This document shows, piece after piece, positions 27,203-38,406 of a stretch of DNA of 64,000 nt. The notes under the pieces were generated by a model. The model saw nothing but the letters and a program-made list of their open reading frames with translations. It did no database searches and had not been told where the DNA came from. Both the position numbers and the translations under genes were made by a program. This DNA comes from a virus. The stretch lies in the IMG/VR virus record IMGVR_UViG_3300045988_096839. One strand, given 5' to 3'. Position 1 is the first letter of the stretch. Each line of letters opens with the position of its first letter.

Positions 27203-30200
27203 AACATGGACTATCTAAATGTTGTTTTTATTAAAGGTATTTCAATTTTTTTATCATCATTACAATCAAAAGTATATTCACATAGCATATATTTACCTCT
27301 CATTCTTGGTGAAAAAGATCTATTTAATATATCTTGTTCTGATTCATCAGAACTTCCCAAATCCCCTCTATCTTGTCTAGGTATAGGAAAACGATAAGTA
27401 TCTTCTCTACATTCTATATTATTATAATTTATTTCAAAACTGTCCTAAGTTTTAGTGTAACATTTTACAGAAGTAATAACTTGTGGAGAAGAATTATTCG
27501 GATCTTCTATATTACCAGACAACCATTGATTATCAAACACTTTTGTATATTCAGGATTAGGATTAACTGCAAATGTCACTTTAGCAATTAAATCTTCTAC
27601 ATCAGCTTCTTCACCAAATGAATCATTTTTATAAAAATTAGTACCTCGTATAGTTATTAATCTATCATAAAACCGTAATCCCCAATCAGGAATATGTGAA
27701 TAAAATGATGTAAAACAATCAGATTGTTCATTATATATCAATGAATTACCTTTTGCTTTTAACCACAGTTCATTAGTTTTATCATTAAAAACAGAAGTAA
27801 GATTTATTTTACTAGTCTACGCTAATGAATTTAAGAACGTCTATACCTTTTTCTCTTTTGAGAGTATATGGAATCCATTACTGCCATATGAGCATATAAC
27901 GTTTTTATTAGTATCATACCAATAAATACTTTGTGAACTAGATATAATACTTTTATCATTTACTATACCCGCACCATAATTCTAAACTATTGTATCAAAA
28001 CGACTTAATACTCCACCAGTACCTAATACCAATTGTGCTCCACTCTAATCACTTATAAGCGATCTATCATCTACAGATAAAACATTAAACGCATTTTGTT
28101 GGAAAGCATATAAATTATTATTAAATACATTTAAACTAGTAGTAATACCATACTTAGCATCCAAATCCAATGTATTAGCAAACTTAGCTTTAGACCAAGA
28201 ATCTATTTCTTCTCCAAATGATTTTTGTTCTGAACAATTTATGCGGTAATAATTGGTTTCGTTTGTAGAAATATTTTCATTCGTAGAACCAGAACTATAA
28301 TTTACACCACCATCAGATACAGAATAAGCTGAATTATATGCATACATCTGATAAGAATAAGTAATACCATTCAACGTAGTAGGATTAGTAAACATAAACC
28401 ATCTATTTTTTGTTTCCCCTTCTATCGCTTCTGGTTCTGTGGAATGTTTTAAATAATAATCATCCCATCTAGCATAGCAATTTATAGTAGATTCTACAGG
28501 TAAGTATACTTGTAAGTAGCGTCTATACCAGGTTGCTTCTTCCTACCAATCGTTTTTAGAAAACATAGATGCGTGCATATAATTAAATACTGTAAGATAT
28601 ACATCTCCACCAAATATTACTTTACCTGTAGCAGCTTCATTTTCTTTTATGTATCCACCACAAGATATATAATTATTCGATGATCTGGATAAATAAGAGT
28701 TACCACCGTAAGGTGTAGCTCTTTTCTTAATATTACATAACAAAGTTACTACTTTTGGATCAGTATCTGTACTTAATGTTTTTGAAAAAGCATTATATAG
28801 TATATGATCAGCATTAACATCTGCTGATTTCATATTTATTAATTGATTCACACCAGCTATGCCAAAAGAACCAGAAGCAACAATAGTGTTTGTATAATTA
28901 CCAGCATCGATTGAATCAATATAACCGTCTTTAAAAGCTTGTATGCCATTATTATTTTGATTTGGTAAATCAGTTCTTGCTGTTTTAGTATTACCTATAT
29001 CTGCAATAAAATTATTAGACTGCTATGTTTTAGATACTCCTTTGTTACTCTTAAATAAACTATTTGCTGATTCGTGTAAGAAATATTTCATTACACCACC
29101 TATGATACCAGTATTGTTATGGCTACCTATTACCAGTATAGGTTTATCTTCAGTATTTATGGTACCCATGGTAGATAAACCAGCAATAACATCAGATACT
29201 TCACTATAATATGACATATCCTAAGTCATGAATCTACGTGAACTTCCAGAATTAAAATCTGATGTTAACTGATAAACTGGACACATATAACAGCTTTTAT
29301 CAATTACTTCAGATTTATAGTTCGTGCATATTTCGGGAGACGCAAATGTTTTTAAATTTCTATTTACATTCCATCCATCTTTACCATGAAATATTACTGC
29401 GGTTATCTTATGTTCTCTACTAACTTGAGGATATTCTCTCATCGTCGGTATATAAGGAGATCTAATGTCATTGGTACCGTTTGATATATCTGCATTAACA
29501 TCACTGTTATCAAAATCAACGTTTCTAAAATGTACTGTATTATTTAACATACCCTGCGCAACCACAGTTCTATCTGAATAAGTTCTATCACATCTTACTA
29601 TTTCAGCAGCAACGGCTTCATCAGGAAAGTTTTTAATAGTGAATTTTACACCAAATGGTCTAGCTATCAATTCATATTTAGAATTAACATTAGTTATATC
29701 ATTTGCAAATGCAGCACAGCCATCAGTATCACCAGATGGAAATCGTATATCACATATCCAATGTACTGGGGTAGTAACATTATTTTTATTATAAAAAACA
29801 ATACCAAATCTATATACTTCATCACGTTGATATGATTGAAATTTAGCTGCGATGTATGGATTAGCATAGCTCAATAACTAATCACCATTTAACGATATAG
29901 ATGTTACACCTACGTTTGTTTTTAATTTTTTTATCGATATTGAAGACCCTGTAACATTAGCTGCTCCATTATACGAATCGTATAATTTACCATCAGCAGT
30001 ATAAGAGTCTGTGATATGTGGTGATTCATATATTTCCCCATATACAATTTCAAAATCAATATTTGTGCCACTACCTCCATAAGTAATACCATCTTGTTGA
30101 AAAGCATATTCATTATCTTCTCCGGAAGGATATACATCTAATACGTTCATAGGATTTATAGCGTCATCATCATATGGAATACTATCTATCTAACTAAATG

Positions 30201-31329
30201 AATAAGTTGTTCCATTACCATTAGAATCCTATAATAAACACTATTGATTTTTATTAAATCTGAAACTTCTAGTATCCCAATCTTTAGGTATATCCCAATC
30301 AGATGATTCTATATTTGCAAAGAACAGTCTGTTTTTAAAAGAAGTCATTATCTATGCTTTAAATATATACGGTATGATATCATTGAATTCTTCTTGAGTA
30401 ACAGTAGTTAAGCTTTGCATTAAAGCATCTGTTATGGTATAATTTAAATTACCTTTTGATATTCTATCTTGTAGTATTATAGAAATCTCTGGTTCATTTA
30501 AATTATCTTTCCAAAATACTCGATATATTTTTATCTTATCAAACTGTGTATTATCAGCGATAAATCTTAATACTATACCATTTGATGTACTATAATCATC
30601 AGAGTATCCTTCTGCTTCAGCTGAATTGTATATATTATATTTGTAATTGTATATTATTTCAGAACCGGCAGATAATGCAGATTCTATACCAGTATCGTTA
30701 TACAGTTTATAAAAATACTAATATGCACCAGATTTTAGATTACCAGAAGTAAACGACTCTAAAGACAACGGTATCAATGTTGCTAAAGCATTACTATCGA
30801 AATATGATGGATTTTGGATTGGTTCTTTATCACCCCATTCTTCTTTGTAATCTGCAAGATTTATTATTTTTAAACCAGAACTAGAATCGTTTACATATAA
30901 CTTATATACACTTTTTGTTTCATAGTTATATATCATACTAATATTCATATCCGCTGTTATATGCCATAATATCTTCATTACACATCTACAAGATAATTGT
31001 GATTTATCAAAATCACTCACCAAATAGATACTATTAATGGCATTACTATACTTATCCTAAGTAAGTAATATAGCGGTATTCTACAGAGTTTCATCATGGT
31101 AAGGATATTGAACAGCAATAGCATTTAAAATCTTTTGTGTTTTTAAAGCATCTATTTTTTCGTATTTCTTAATATAATCTATGTTTTGTAAAACACCGTT
31201 TGTACCATTAGTATTAGTAACCAATCTAATATTTTGAGCATATCGATACGTATTATTTGCAGCATAAGATACGTCTGTATCCATATCCATACCGCCTTCA
31301 AATGTATTTTTGTGTGAATTTATTTCCAT
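27199..31329 (-). CDS. large tail-associated protein, 1,376 aa, 17 in-frame TAG
   Basis: Eight track ORFs (27445..27741 to 31081..31329) share frame mod 3 = 1. I walked gaps 27742-28044, 28396-28542, 28852-29022, 30151-30717 and 31024-31080 and found TAG only. Starts at ATG 31327-31329 and stops at TGA 27199-27201. The N-terminus NTFEGGMDMDTDVSYAANNTYRYAQNIRL resembles podovirus tail tubular or stabilisation protein N-termini, but this is tentative. Confidence 0.65.
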
Positions 31330-32225
31330 ATCGAATTCTAATTTTTAATTACCTAACTATCCCCAGTAGTGCTTAAGAAAGTATCATAACTATCTATCTC
31401 CGGAACAATAGTATGCCATGTTTTACTAATGTTTATTAAATCATTTTGATCAGGCATCATTGCTTCAGCATATGCTTGTTTACGATAGAAATTCCATGAA
31501 TTCTTTGCATCGTAATATAATCCTTGAGATTTTCTACCAGTAAAATATTCTATATATAACAATTTCATAGCTACATACCAATACAATGCTTCAAAGTATG
31601 ATGGCTCATCAGGTATCATAGGCATACCTTCATCATCAGTATATATACCATAATATGATATCTTTACATAACCATTTCGTACATTACTCATTAAATATCC
31701 TGGTTTAATAATATACTAAGGTGTTATACTAAAATTAGTTGTATTACTACCTGTAGTATTACAAGTTGTATTTGTATTTAATAAGGCGCTTAATGTACAA
31801 CGTAAGTTATCTTCTTTATTTAAAATCTCTAAAGCCTCAGCATCAGTATTAATATTAAACATACTTTTTACCAAAGGAAATAATACTGTATCCTAAAATA
31901 GCATCTTACATTCTTCACAATTGTCTATTTTGTCATGAACCGTAAAGAATCCTGTTGATTTTTTCATAGGTATCCAACCGTTACAATTGCAATTAGAGTA
32001 AGCTACAAAATCTATCTTTTCTAAATCACAAGGTAATGCTACCTAGTAATCTTTTATTTTTAATATTTGTACTTTGTGATCTAATTGAGTAACAGCACCT
32101 ATCTTTTGCATAGCTTCCCCTATCCATTGTGATATATCAGTTATCTTTATATCATTTTCATCTAAATCTAAGTCTGCTATTACTTTTGCAATTACAGCCT
32201 TAGAGGAAACAAATCTATTTATCAT
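31320..32225 (-). CDS. structural-module protein, 301 aa, 5 in-frame TAG
   Basis: ORFs 31353..31691 and 32043..32225 are in the same frame; 31692-32042 walked, TAG only. Starts at ATG 32223-32225. After two further TAGs the true stop is TAA at 31320-31322, which overlaps the next gene by 10 nt. Confidence 0.6.
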
Positions 32226-32227
32226 AA

Positions 32228-32698
32228 TTAATATTTTTCTTCGTAATCTGTAATCTTATTTTTAATTATAGTAGCTAATCTTCTCTTATTTGCTCTGGTT
32301 AGTACCAACTAATATTTTGTTTTATTTGGAACCAGCATATCCTACTTGTTATAGTACATTCTATATTTGTAGAAATCACTATGTTCGTTTGTAAAAAATA
32401 TTAATTTGTTATACTATTTTGTTGACTAATAATCTATTCTAAGACTACGTTTATCATAATACTTTGGTTTATTTTTAATAATCTATACAGAACCCATTCT
32501 GTATGGTAATCTTACACATTTACCGCGTTCAATCAATTCATCTCTAAGATACTAAAAATAATCAGTTATTATCTTTCGATATAAAGAATAAGATATATCA
32601 TATATAGTATCCTATTCTATATCATCTAAGTATGAATTATAGAAAGCTGAAATAGTATAAGATTTTGTTTTATCTGCATTCTTTACTTTCTAATTCAT
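32228..32698 (-). CDS. small basic protein, 156 aa, 8 in-frame TAG (about 5% of codons); DNA-binding role possible but unproven
   Basis: Invisible in the track because every fragment is under 60 aa. Walked codon by codon from ATG 32696-32698 to TAA 32228-32230: 8 TAG, no TAA/TGA. Lys/Arg/Tyr-rich (RLPYRMGSV.IIKNKPKYYDKRSLRIDY). The start forms an ATGA overlap with the upstream gene. Confidence 0.6.
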
Positions 32699-33336
32699 TG
32701 TTTAGCGTTTATATTTTGATTATCATCATTACTATCATTTGTAGTATCTGAAGGAGATGTTCTCATTACATTCAAATCTCTATCAAATATTAATTGTTTT
32801 ATTGTAGACCACATTGCTGCAGGTATCGGATATTGATCTGTATCAGGATCGTAGCATTCTTCTAATTCAGTAGGATCTTCTGCTATTACTTGAACTTGTA
32901 TTTTCTCTATTAAATTTGGTCCTCCTTGTACATAAACATAATCATCTTTTATATATGCAATATAATGACTACATGTAAATTTACGATACCTCTAATATTT
33001 CATTTTAGTTTCACTACCAATCTGAATAAGATTCCCAAACATATCTTTAATGGATACTACTCCGGTACTATAATTAAAATCAATAAGAGCTGGTAACTTT
33101 TTATCACTTTTATAAACGCAGTTACCGTTCTCATTGATTTTGTTAATATCCATTTCAATATACTAAGTATATAATGGATTTATAGTTCTGCCTTTATCTA
33201 TATCCTATTTAATAAGCATGGCTCTATAAGTGTTAATCCATAGAGCGATCTACAATCGGCTTAATTTTTCAGATTCCCCAATCTGATTGTTTCTAGCTTC
33301 TAATAATATATCATCTATACATTCATTCAGTGTCAT
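32695..33336 (-). CDS. structural-module protein, 213 aa, 4 in-frame TAG
   Basis: Not in the track. Walked codon by codon from ATG 33334-33336 to TGA 32695-32697 with TAG at 32992, 33163, 33205 and 33250. The sequence is coherent and not low-complexity. Confidence 0.6.
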
Positions 33337-33452
33337 ATCATTTGTGTGTTAATTTTAAATATAAACGTATTTTATAGTATTTCGTAACATTATAATATAA
33401 TCGTAATACACTAGAACAAATTATCAATAGCGTTTTATAATTGAACAGACAT

Positions 33453-33479
33453 AAAAAAAAGGATTAGCTTAGCTAACCC
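33453..33479 (-). terminator. rho-independent terminator (minus strand)
   Basis: On the minus strand: GGGTTAGC-TAA-GCTAATCC, an 8-bp stem with one mismatch, followed by T8 (plus-strand A-run 33453-33460). The hairpin loop is the TAA stop of the upstream gene. Confidence 0.65.
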
Positions 33480-33924
33480 TTATTAAATCAGTTTGAACTG
33501 ATTCATCTTTTATTATTTTATGTTCATCTTTTAGTTGATTAAGTATTGCTTTGCATTTATCCATCTCTTCTCTATATTTCTATATGGATTCAATCTTAGC
33601 CTAACATTCTTTATATTGCGTATCAACTAATGATATTAATTGTTGTTTATCAGTAGAAATAGTAAGACCAATAGTAGAATCAGTTATAATTGTTTTATCA
33701 GCACCAACACTTATCTTCTTCTATATACCTTCACAACTTATATTCACATCAACTAATTTCTTCTTTAGCATCTAGGATAAATACTAATTGTTCATAGTAT
33801 TATCATCATATGGAGCAGATACACTAATAACCTAACCTACATTATAGGTTGTGGTCTTTCGGAATGTTCCAGTATTTTCAAGTATATAGACAGAATCTCC
33901 AATTTTTAAATCTTTAAATTCCAT
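33469..33924 (-). CDS. small protein, 151 aa, 6 in-frame TAG
   Basis: Not in the track. Walked from ATG 33922-33924 to TAA 33469-33471 with TAG at 33580, 33601, 33721, 33772, 33784 and 33832. The C-terminal half looks coiled-coil-like (KYREEMDKCKAILNQLKDEHKIIKDE). Confidence 0.55.
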
Positions 33925-33935
33925 AATCATCATTA

Positions 33936-33966
33936 TTAAAAATAAAGGGGGCTTAACCCCCTTTTT
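33936..33966 (-). terminator. rho-independent terminator (hairpin is symmetric, so possibly bidirectional)
   Basis: GGGGG (33947-33951) / cttaa / CCCCC (33957-33961). On the minus strand TTTATTTTT follows it. It lies 14 nt after the tandem TGA TAA stops of the upstream gene. Confidence 0.65.
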
Positions 33967-33974
33967 ATATATTA

Positions 33975-34733
33975 TCAGGCAGCTGCACCACCTGTAGTCG
34001 TTGTAGTCTTCAATTGAGATATCAGATATTCATTTTGAGCTTTCTGTGATAATTCAAGACGTGCGTCATTATATTTCTGCTATAATTCAGCATTCCAATG
34101 ACTATTCAAAGTATCTATAATTCTCTGAGTGTTATTGTTACCAGCATTCAGTAAGTCACAAGTTTGCTGTGCATTAGCATAACCAAGCTGAGAGAAACCA
34201 GTAGACAGTGCGTAATTCAAACCACTAAACCCTCTTGTCATTTCATTAGTAAGAGTATTAGTTTGGTTACAAGTAGCTAATTGCTGTTCATAACCCATCT
34301 TTAAAATAGATTGCTGAGTATTGCAGCAACAGTCTTTTACAGCAGTAATAATACCACAATCACCAGTATTGATGGCATTAATAACTCTTTCAGCACTGAA
34401 TCCAGTTTGAGCAGCTACATTCTGTATAGCAGACTGAACATTGCATATAGCAGCATTTAAAGTATTAAAATCACAGTTAAGGTTAGCTGCTAAAGTACTA
34501 ACAGCGGAAGCATTACCTTTAATGCCATCCATAATCAAATTAGAATTCTGGTTATCTGACATTTGTGATGCCAATGCAGCGATTTGTGCATTCTCTGCAC
34601 AATTTCCATTATTTCCAAACCCAAATCCTCTTCCAAACAATGCTAAGAAGATAAGATAAATAACGTTTTGTGTTGCGAATATACCGTTTCCGTATATTCT
34701 CTTTATGTTACCATAAAGACCAGACTATATCAT
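33975..34733 (-). CDS. membrane-anchored Cys/Asn/Gln-rich protein, 252 aa, 2 in-frame TAG
   Basis: Track ORF 34080..34640 extends through TAG 34080 to TGA 33975-33977 (then TAA). Upstream it extends through TAG 34725 to ATG 34731-34733. Has a hydrophobic N-terminus (NVIYLIFLALFGRGFGFG), 10 Cys including a CCC run, and a TTTTTGGAAA tail. Confidence 0.6.
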
Positions 34734-34787
34734 ACTATCTTATAAAGATAGCCCTCGCGCTTCGAGTTCACTTGAACCCTACTCTAC

Positions 34788-35471
34788 TCACTTCTTCGAT
34801 TCTTTTGAATCTATGCTTTCGATAGTCGTTGCTCCTTCCTTTTGGAACAAAAGGCTTGGATCATGATTGCCTCTTTTGAGGTTTTCCATGAATTCACGAG
34901 GTTTTAAATCCGCTTGTAACATTTTTTCGTAACTGTTTTTATAAATCCAATAATAACCAAAAGCGGTTTTACATTTCGGATATTTAGATGATAAACACTT
35001 ATAAATTCTACTAGCCTTAGAAATATCAGTGACACTTTTAGCAGCTTCTATCCCGTTAACGTACATGTCTATATAATTTCCATGTAAATCTAATTTAACA
35101 ATATAGTCTTTATATACCGGACTATTTATTCCTTTAACATTATACATAGGATTATTTTCACCATCCATATTTTTTCCTAAAACATATCTGCGATGCATTT
35201 GGTTTTCATATGGAGTACACCATTCTAAATTCCATACGCAGTTATTAGTTTTATCTCCGTTTTTATGATTTACTTGTGGTTTATTTTCATAATTTGGAAT
35301 AAACGCTTTAGCTACTAATATGTGAACTAAATAACGTTTACCATTTATTGATACTCCACAATAACCACTACCGTCCTTGGTACTAGCTAGAACTTTGTTA
35401 TTACTGTTTACAACATAACCTAAATTACTTACATAACAACCTGTATTTTCAATTTGCTTTATTATTTCCAT
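34788..35471 (-). CDS. free-standing HNH homing endonuclease, 227 aa, no TAG
   Basis: VNHKNGDKTNNCVWNLEWCTPYENQMH is the HNH (HNH_3-type) core. It follows an NUMOD4-like N-terminus (GCYVSNLGYVVNS...GYCGVSINGKRYLVHILVAKAF). Intact under the standard code, TGA stop. Confidence 0.85.
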   Translation of the reverse strand: MEIIKQIENTGCYVSNLGYVVNSNNKVLASTKDGSGYCGVSINGKRYLVHILVAKAFIPNYENKPQVNHKNGDKTNNCVWNLEWCTPYENQMHRRYVLGKNMDGENNPMYNVKGINSPVYKDYIVKLDLHGNYIDMYVNGIEAAKSVTDISKASRIYKCLSSKYPKCKTAFGYYWIYKNSYEKMLQADLKPREFMENLKRGNHDPSLLFQKEGATTIESIDSKESKK

Positions 35472-35525
35472 AATTTATATTTTACAGATATAACGTAAAT
35501 AAATTGAATATGTTACTAAAAATGT

Positions 35526-35678
35526 TCATTTGTTTAACGGATTATTCATCCATTGGTTCATACCCATTCCACCATTCATCATTGCCATAGCAGTAAGCGG
35601 ACTGTTCATGTTATTACTAAGTAATGCTGCGGTACCAGTATCAATACCACGGTCGATATAAATTCTATCGTCTATCAT
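35526..35678 (-). CDS. possible small Met/Gly/Asn-rich protein, 50 aa
   Basis: ATG 35676-35678 to TGA 35526-35528 (MIDDRIYIDRGIDTGTAALLSNNMNSPLTAMAMMNGGMGMNQWMNNPLNK). It fills an otherwise empty 235-nt gap. No other support. Confidence 0.3.
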   Translation of the reverse strand: MIDDRIYIDRGIDTGTAALLSNNMNSPLTAMAMMNGGMGMNQWMNNPLNK

Positions 35679-35706
35679 AATTATTATTGATTAATTTATT
35701 TATTGA

Positions 35707-36258
35707 TTAATATTTTGAACCAAGTCTTTCACGCATAGGACTTTTACGATATTCATATTCTTTTTCATCATAATCATCGTCATATTCATATCTGCTATAA
35801 CGAGGTCTATGATTCATAGAATATCTTTGTCTTGGAGAATATTCATATTCATTATAATATTCTTCGTCATCCTCTTCGTCATCACGATATAAATCGCACA
35901 TAACGTACTTATAATAATACCACATCTTTCCTTCATCAATATCTTTATCTTCCAACCATGCTTTAGCTAAGTCAACAAAGTATTTAATGTTATTAGAATG
36001 TAAAGTATTTGTTATAAACTTATAGTAGTCTGAATAAACCATATTCATCGCTACATACCAGTCATATTTATTATATTTACGAGGATTGAAAGATATACCA
36101 TATTGATTTGCTACAGTAGTAGTATCATTAATAGTCCAATGCTGTCCTGTAGTACCATCCTCATTCTCCATCTTAGCTACAACTTTCATTGCGCATTCTT
36201 CAGTAAAGTGAGGACCGTACATACGTTCATGACGTTCAAACTTTCTTTTATCTTTCAT
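35707..36258 (-). CDS. hypothetical protein with acidic Tyr/Asp/Glu-rich C-terminus, 183 aa, no TAG
   Basis: Complete ATG..TAA ORF in the track. No family recognised. Confidence 0.6.
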   Translation of the reverse strand: MKDKRKFERHERMYGPHFTEECAMKVVAKMENEDGTTGQHWTINDTTTVANQYGISFNPRKYNKYDWYVAMNMVYSDYYKFITNTLHSNNIKYFVDLAKAWLEDKDIDEGKMWYYYKYVMCDLYRDDEEDDEEYYNEYEYSPRQRYSMNHRPRYSRYEYDDDYDEKEYEYRKSPMRERLGSKY

Positions 36259-36272
36259 ATAATTGATTTATA

Positions 36273-36902
36273 TTATTTATTGTCTATAGTTATCAATCTC
36301 GTTTCTTTTACTTCTATGAGAGGATTGCTATTATGTATTTGATATTTATATACGTCTCTTTTCTTAAAATCAAAGTGTATCAAACGCCTAAACCAATTTT
36401 TATATTGATTCTTATATTCTCTTTTATTTGATATAAAAAGCGTTTGAGTATTTTGTATACTAATTTTTGCAGTAAGGATTGAATCCTTTTTAATAATGAT
36501 TAAGGAGGTTAATTCATTAGGTTTAATTTCTTTTTCAAAATCTTTATCACCTACAACGATTGTTGTATCTATATTTATTTCTTGATTCTGCGATTGAGCT
36601 TGCTTTAGCTCCTTATCTTTGATTTTTAGTTCTTCTTGAATATTTACAATATCCTAAATTATACTATCATTAGTATTCTTGAACTCATCTATTGTTAAGT
36701 TTAGAGTTCTAATTTCTTTATCTTTATCAGATAACTGTTCCTAATAGAATAGGGTATTATTTGTTATTCGGTCTATCTAACGGTTCTTTTCTTTAATCTG
36801 TTTACCCTAATAAAAAATTATGGCAGCAAATATCGATATGATAATTACTGCCACAACTTTGATATTTTTCCAGAACCAACCGAAAATAGTTGTTAAAATC
36901 AT
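36273..36902 (-). CDS. N-terminal transmembrane plus coiled-coil protein (spanin-like or lysis accessory candidate), 209 aa, 4 in-frame TAG
   Basis: Walked from ATG 36900-36902 to TAA 36273-36275 with TAG at 36654, 36741, 36777 and 36807. The N-terminus ILTTIFGWFWKNIKVVAVIIISIFAAIIFY is followed by a heptad-like region (DKDKEIRTLNLTIDEFKN...QEELKIKDKELKQAQSQNQE). It sits immediately downstream of the holin-like gene. Confidence 0.5.
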
Positions 36903-36908
36903 AATTTG

Positions 36909-37391
36909 TTATTTTATATCTACAACATCTGATAGGTCCACGTCTAAATATTTTTCAGCCTTAGACTTTATTATTTTTGATAAGATTTTTGATAATAATG
37001 CATTTGGATGTAATGCTCTAAATGATTCCATTAACGATAATCCTTCAGCAGCACATATTGATCCTGCCGCTATTTTTACTGCCGTTAGGTTTTCATAAGT
37101 CAGTAAGATATATTTATCTAATAATAATCCTAACGATATTAATATAAAACAATCTCTTAGTTTATATATAGTTTTCCATAATTTATTAGATTCTAACTTA
37201 TGTCCATATTGTTTGGAAACCTTATAACCATAATACGTATCCGCAAATATAAAGCAGAACGCAGTTATCATTACAGGTACAGCCGGAGTAAAGATAGCAG
37301 TAAAACTAGATATTAATCCTATTAATGCCTAATAACCGTTATTACCGAATCTTTTTAAAAATAACACAATCTATTCCATTAAGTTCTACAT
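36909..37391 (-). CDS. holin-like membrane protein, about 160 aa, 3 in-frame TAG
   Basis: Track ORF 36909..37271 extends upstream through TAGs at 37329, 37371 and 37386 to ATG 37389-37391; an alternative ATG is at 37377-37379. Has several hydrophobic segments (ALIGLISSFTAIFTPAVPVMITAFCFIFAD, CFILISLGLLL, AVKIAAGSICAAEGLSLMESF) that resemble the phage lysis/toxin-secretion holin family. Confidence 0.55.
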
Positions 37392-37508
37392 GGATTTATT
37401 TGATATAACCTGAAAAATATTAATGCTAATATACTGTTATAACGTACACGGTATAGTATGTTCCAATATCGATTGCAGCATACTATATGTGTAATAGCTG
37501 TTTTAAAA

Positions 37509-38156
37509 TCACGCAGCAGGTGTTTCCAAAGCTTCTACTCTAGCCGTTAAAGCATCAATCAAAGCTTTCAATTGTTTACCTTGAGCAGCGGATAAAGCTT
37601 CAGCAGTAGAGTCAGAAGTTAAAGTATTATTTACTGTTACTTTAGTATCTGACCAGTTAACATTTACAAAAGCTTTATCATTACTATCCAACTGTACTGC
37701 GTAATTCTTACCCGATGTAGTATAACCAACTTTTATACCACCCAAAGTATCTGCTGTTGCTTTACTAACTGTTGTACTTGGAGCATTAGACCATTGTGCT
37801 TCGCCGTTTGCTTTCCAAGTCAAAATTTGATTTGCACTACCACCAGTAGGTATATGTTTATTACCAGCACTAGTTGGATGAGAATAGTTATTAGCATTGT
37901 TTGCAATACCTGCTAATTTCTGTTTTTCAGTAGTAGTGTAATCATTTGTTGACAACTACTTACCACTTACTTTATCTACTTTGTTATTGAGAGAATTCTT
38001 AATAGCTGTCAAATCACCACTCTCATCACTTACTTTTACCCAAGAAGAACCATTAAAATATTTAATAGAACCACCATAATGATTCTCTGTCAAATCAACC
38101 CAATATTTATATTGTGTTGGATTTGGAGCTGTTTTACTTTCTATAAAATTTACCAT
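37509..38156 (-). CDS. short tail-fibre-like protein, 215 aa, 1 in-frame TAG
   Basis: ORFs 37956..38156 and 37509..37955 are joined by TAG 37956-37958. Carries the fibre motif VSGK-q-LSTNDYTTTEKQKLAGI and a C-terminal coiled coil (KQLKALIDALTARVEALE). TGA stop. Confidence 0.7.
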
Positions 38157-38166
38157 ATCAATATTT

Positions 38167-38406
38167 TTATAAACATCCTAAACTAATACCAATTAAATTA
38201 GAAATAATATCTTTTTTATCACATGTACCTTTCTTCATTAATTTATCCCATATAAATTCTTTACCTATTCCAATAACTACTGTTACAATTATTGCTATCC
38301 ACAAAGGTAATATTAATTGCAATAAAGATACTAATAGATTAGAACAAATAATATGTTTTAATCCATCAAAGCCAAAATAATTAAAAATCTTATTTATCAT
38401 ACTCAT
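38167..38406 (-). CDS. small membrane protein, 79 aa, no TAG
   Basis: Complete ORF with two hydrophobic segments (LLVSLLQLILPLWIAIIVTVVIGIG; ISNLIGISLGCL). The ATG overlaps the upstream TGA (ATGA). Confidence 0.55.
   Translation of the reverse strand: MSMINKIFNYFGFDGLKHIICSNLLVSLLQLILPLWIAIIVTVVIGIGKEFIWDKLMKKGTCDKKDIISNLIGISLGCL

Noticed and set aside
24444-30137. Alternative-frame minus-strand ORFs 24444..24638, 25321..25635, 26173..26382 and 29931..30137 (and 19970..20152)
   Set aside because: Each lies fully inside a longer, coherent recoded frame and has an odd composition. They are most likely shadow ORFs.
34751-34779. GC-rich patch downstream of the HNH gene (gccctcgcgcttcgagttcacttgaaccc) as a tRNA fragment or att site
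   Set aside because: It contains a GGTTCAAGT-like string on the minus strand, but no cloverleaf can be drawn and no repeat partner exists in the window. I mention it only as a compositional oddity under the HNH finding.
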